Shown here: positions 49,270 through 50,279 of the stretch, piece after piece | Layout of the letters: the number at the start of each line of letters is the position of its first letter | Numbering within the stretch: position 1 is the first letter of the stretch | Assembly: GCF_001194135.2 (NCBI RefSeq) | Contig: NC_068994.1 | Coordinates: 13,143,754-13,194,032, forward strand | Length of the DNA: 50,279 nt | Origin: Octopus bimaculoides | Taxonomy: Eukaryota | Direction of reading: 5' to 3' | Translations under genes and position numbers: made by a program | The notes under the pieces: generated by a model | Databases searched by the model: none | Told to the model about the DNA's origin: nothing | The model's input: the letters and a program-made list of their open reading frames with translations, nothing else

Positions 49270-49450
49270 TGGGAGAATATACAAAAAATAACAACAGACG
49301 AGGACAGGTGGTGTAAATAACAAAAGTATATATTAGTATGACGCTCGGGAATACGGAAAGTCTTTGACGTTTCGAGCTACGCTCTTCAACAGAAAGAATA
49401 CGGAGACAAGGAGAAAAACACGGAGAAAAAAAATTGAATAGTGTTCAGTC
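49270..49450 (-). mobile_element. Penelope-like non-coding repeat carrying a hammerhead-like motif (49397-49361)
   Basis: Minus strand reads TCTTT-CTGTTGA-A-GAGC-GTA-GCTC-GAAA-CGTC-AAAGA. Confidence 0.65.
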
Positions 49451-49857
49451 NNNNNNNNNNNNNNNNNNNNNNNNNNNNNNNNNNNNNNNNNATATATATA
49501 TATATATATACTTTATTAAAAAAGTTGCAAAGACATCACAAAAGCTGTTACTCAGAGTTTCACGTTCCCGTTCGTATATACGTATATTATTTTAACAGTT
49601 TAACTAGAAGTATATAAAATTATAAACAATATGTAAATATTGGCTTAAACCCCTTTGGCAAGAAAATATCGAAGGTTATACACACACATAAACACACACG
49701 CACACGCACGTACATACACATACACACACAAACACATACACACACATAATACACATATACATATATGTGCATATATACATTTCTATATTTGTAGCAAGCT
49801 ACCTTGGGATGAAACTTAAGTAGTATATTTGTATATTTTAAGAATTGCGTATATATA

Positions 49858-50170
49858 TGGTTTCGGGTTCAGTCCCACCGAGTGGCACCTTAGGCAAGTA
49901 TCTTCTACCTATCCTTGGGTCGACCAAAGCCTTGTGAGTAGATTTGGTAGATGGAAACTGAAAGAAACCCGTCGTATATACATATGTATAGGTTTGTGTG
50001 TCCGTGTTTGTCCCCACCATCATCACTTGACAGCCGATGCTGGTGTGTTTACATCCCTGTAACATAGCAGTTCGGCAAAAGAGACCGATAGCATAAATAC
50101 TAGGCTTATGAAGAATAAGTCCTGGGATCGATTTGTTCGACTAAAGGCGGTGCTCCAGCATGGCCGCATC
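49858..50170 (+). mobile_element. tRNA-derived SINE lacking its 5' head
   Basis: GGTTTCGGGTTCAGTCCCACC...ACCTTAGGCAAGTATCTTCTAC...GATTTGGTAGATGGAAACTGAAAGAAACCCGTCG...CTAAAGGCGGTGCTCCAGCATGGCCGCA. It matches 41771-42132. Confidence 0.85.
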
Positions 50171-50279
50171 TATGTGTATGTAGTCGTCTGCATGTGTGCA
50201 CATGCACGTGTGCTTGTGGGTATTGTTCTTGTAAGAGAAATATGTATTTCTATTTATGCGTGTGTGTGTGTGTATTCCT

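Overview
AT-rich, microsatellite-dense eukaryotic genomic window with 10 assembly gaps. The repeat landscape and the YHCEICGK-style fingers look like an octopus/coleoid C2H2 zinc-finger cluster; this taxonomy is inference, not a database result. The core is two convergent (tail-to-tail) paralogous C2H2-ZNF genes: ZNF-A (+, 8542-9932) and ZNF-B (-, 29955-31242). Both have a gap in the middle. They are ~99% identical over the visible CDS and proximal 3'UTR but clearly more diverged in their flanks, which suggests an old inverted duplication with recent arm-to-arm homogenisation. Both carry an unusual 31-aa tandem repeat that appears derived from a finger that lost its Cys ligands. Between them, on the minus strand, lie a decayed third ZNF array (~20.6-22.8 kb) and three tandem fossil hAT (Buster/Charlie-like) transposase cores (~16.3-19.6 kb). 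The remainder is TE debris: three mariner remnants, MITEs, tRNA-SINEs, RTE-like tails, and a Tx1/L1-like LINE whose ORF1 is inverted and interrupted by an in-frame (TTAGGG)14 tract. Other notable items are a 72-nt 28S rRNA fragment fused to a mariner end, a 165-bp foldback, and a repeat family carrying a minimal hammerhead-ribozyme-like fold with a shared non-canonical core.
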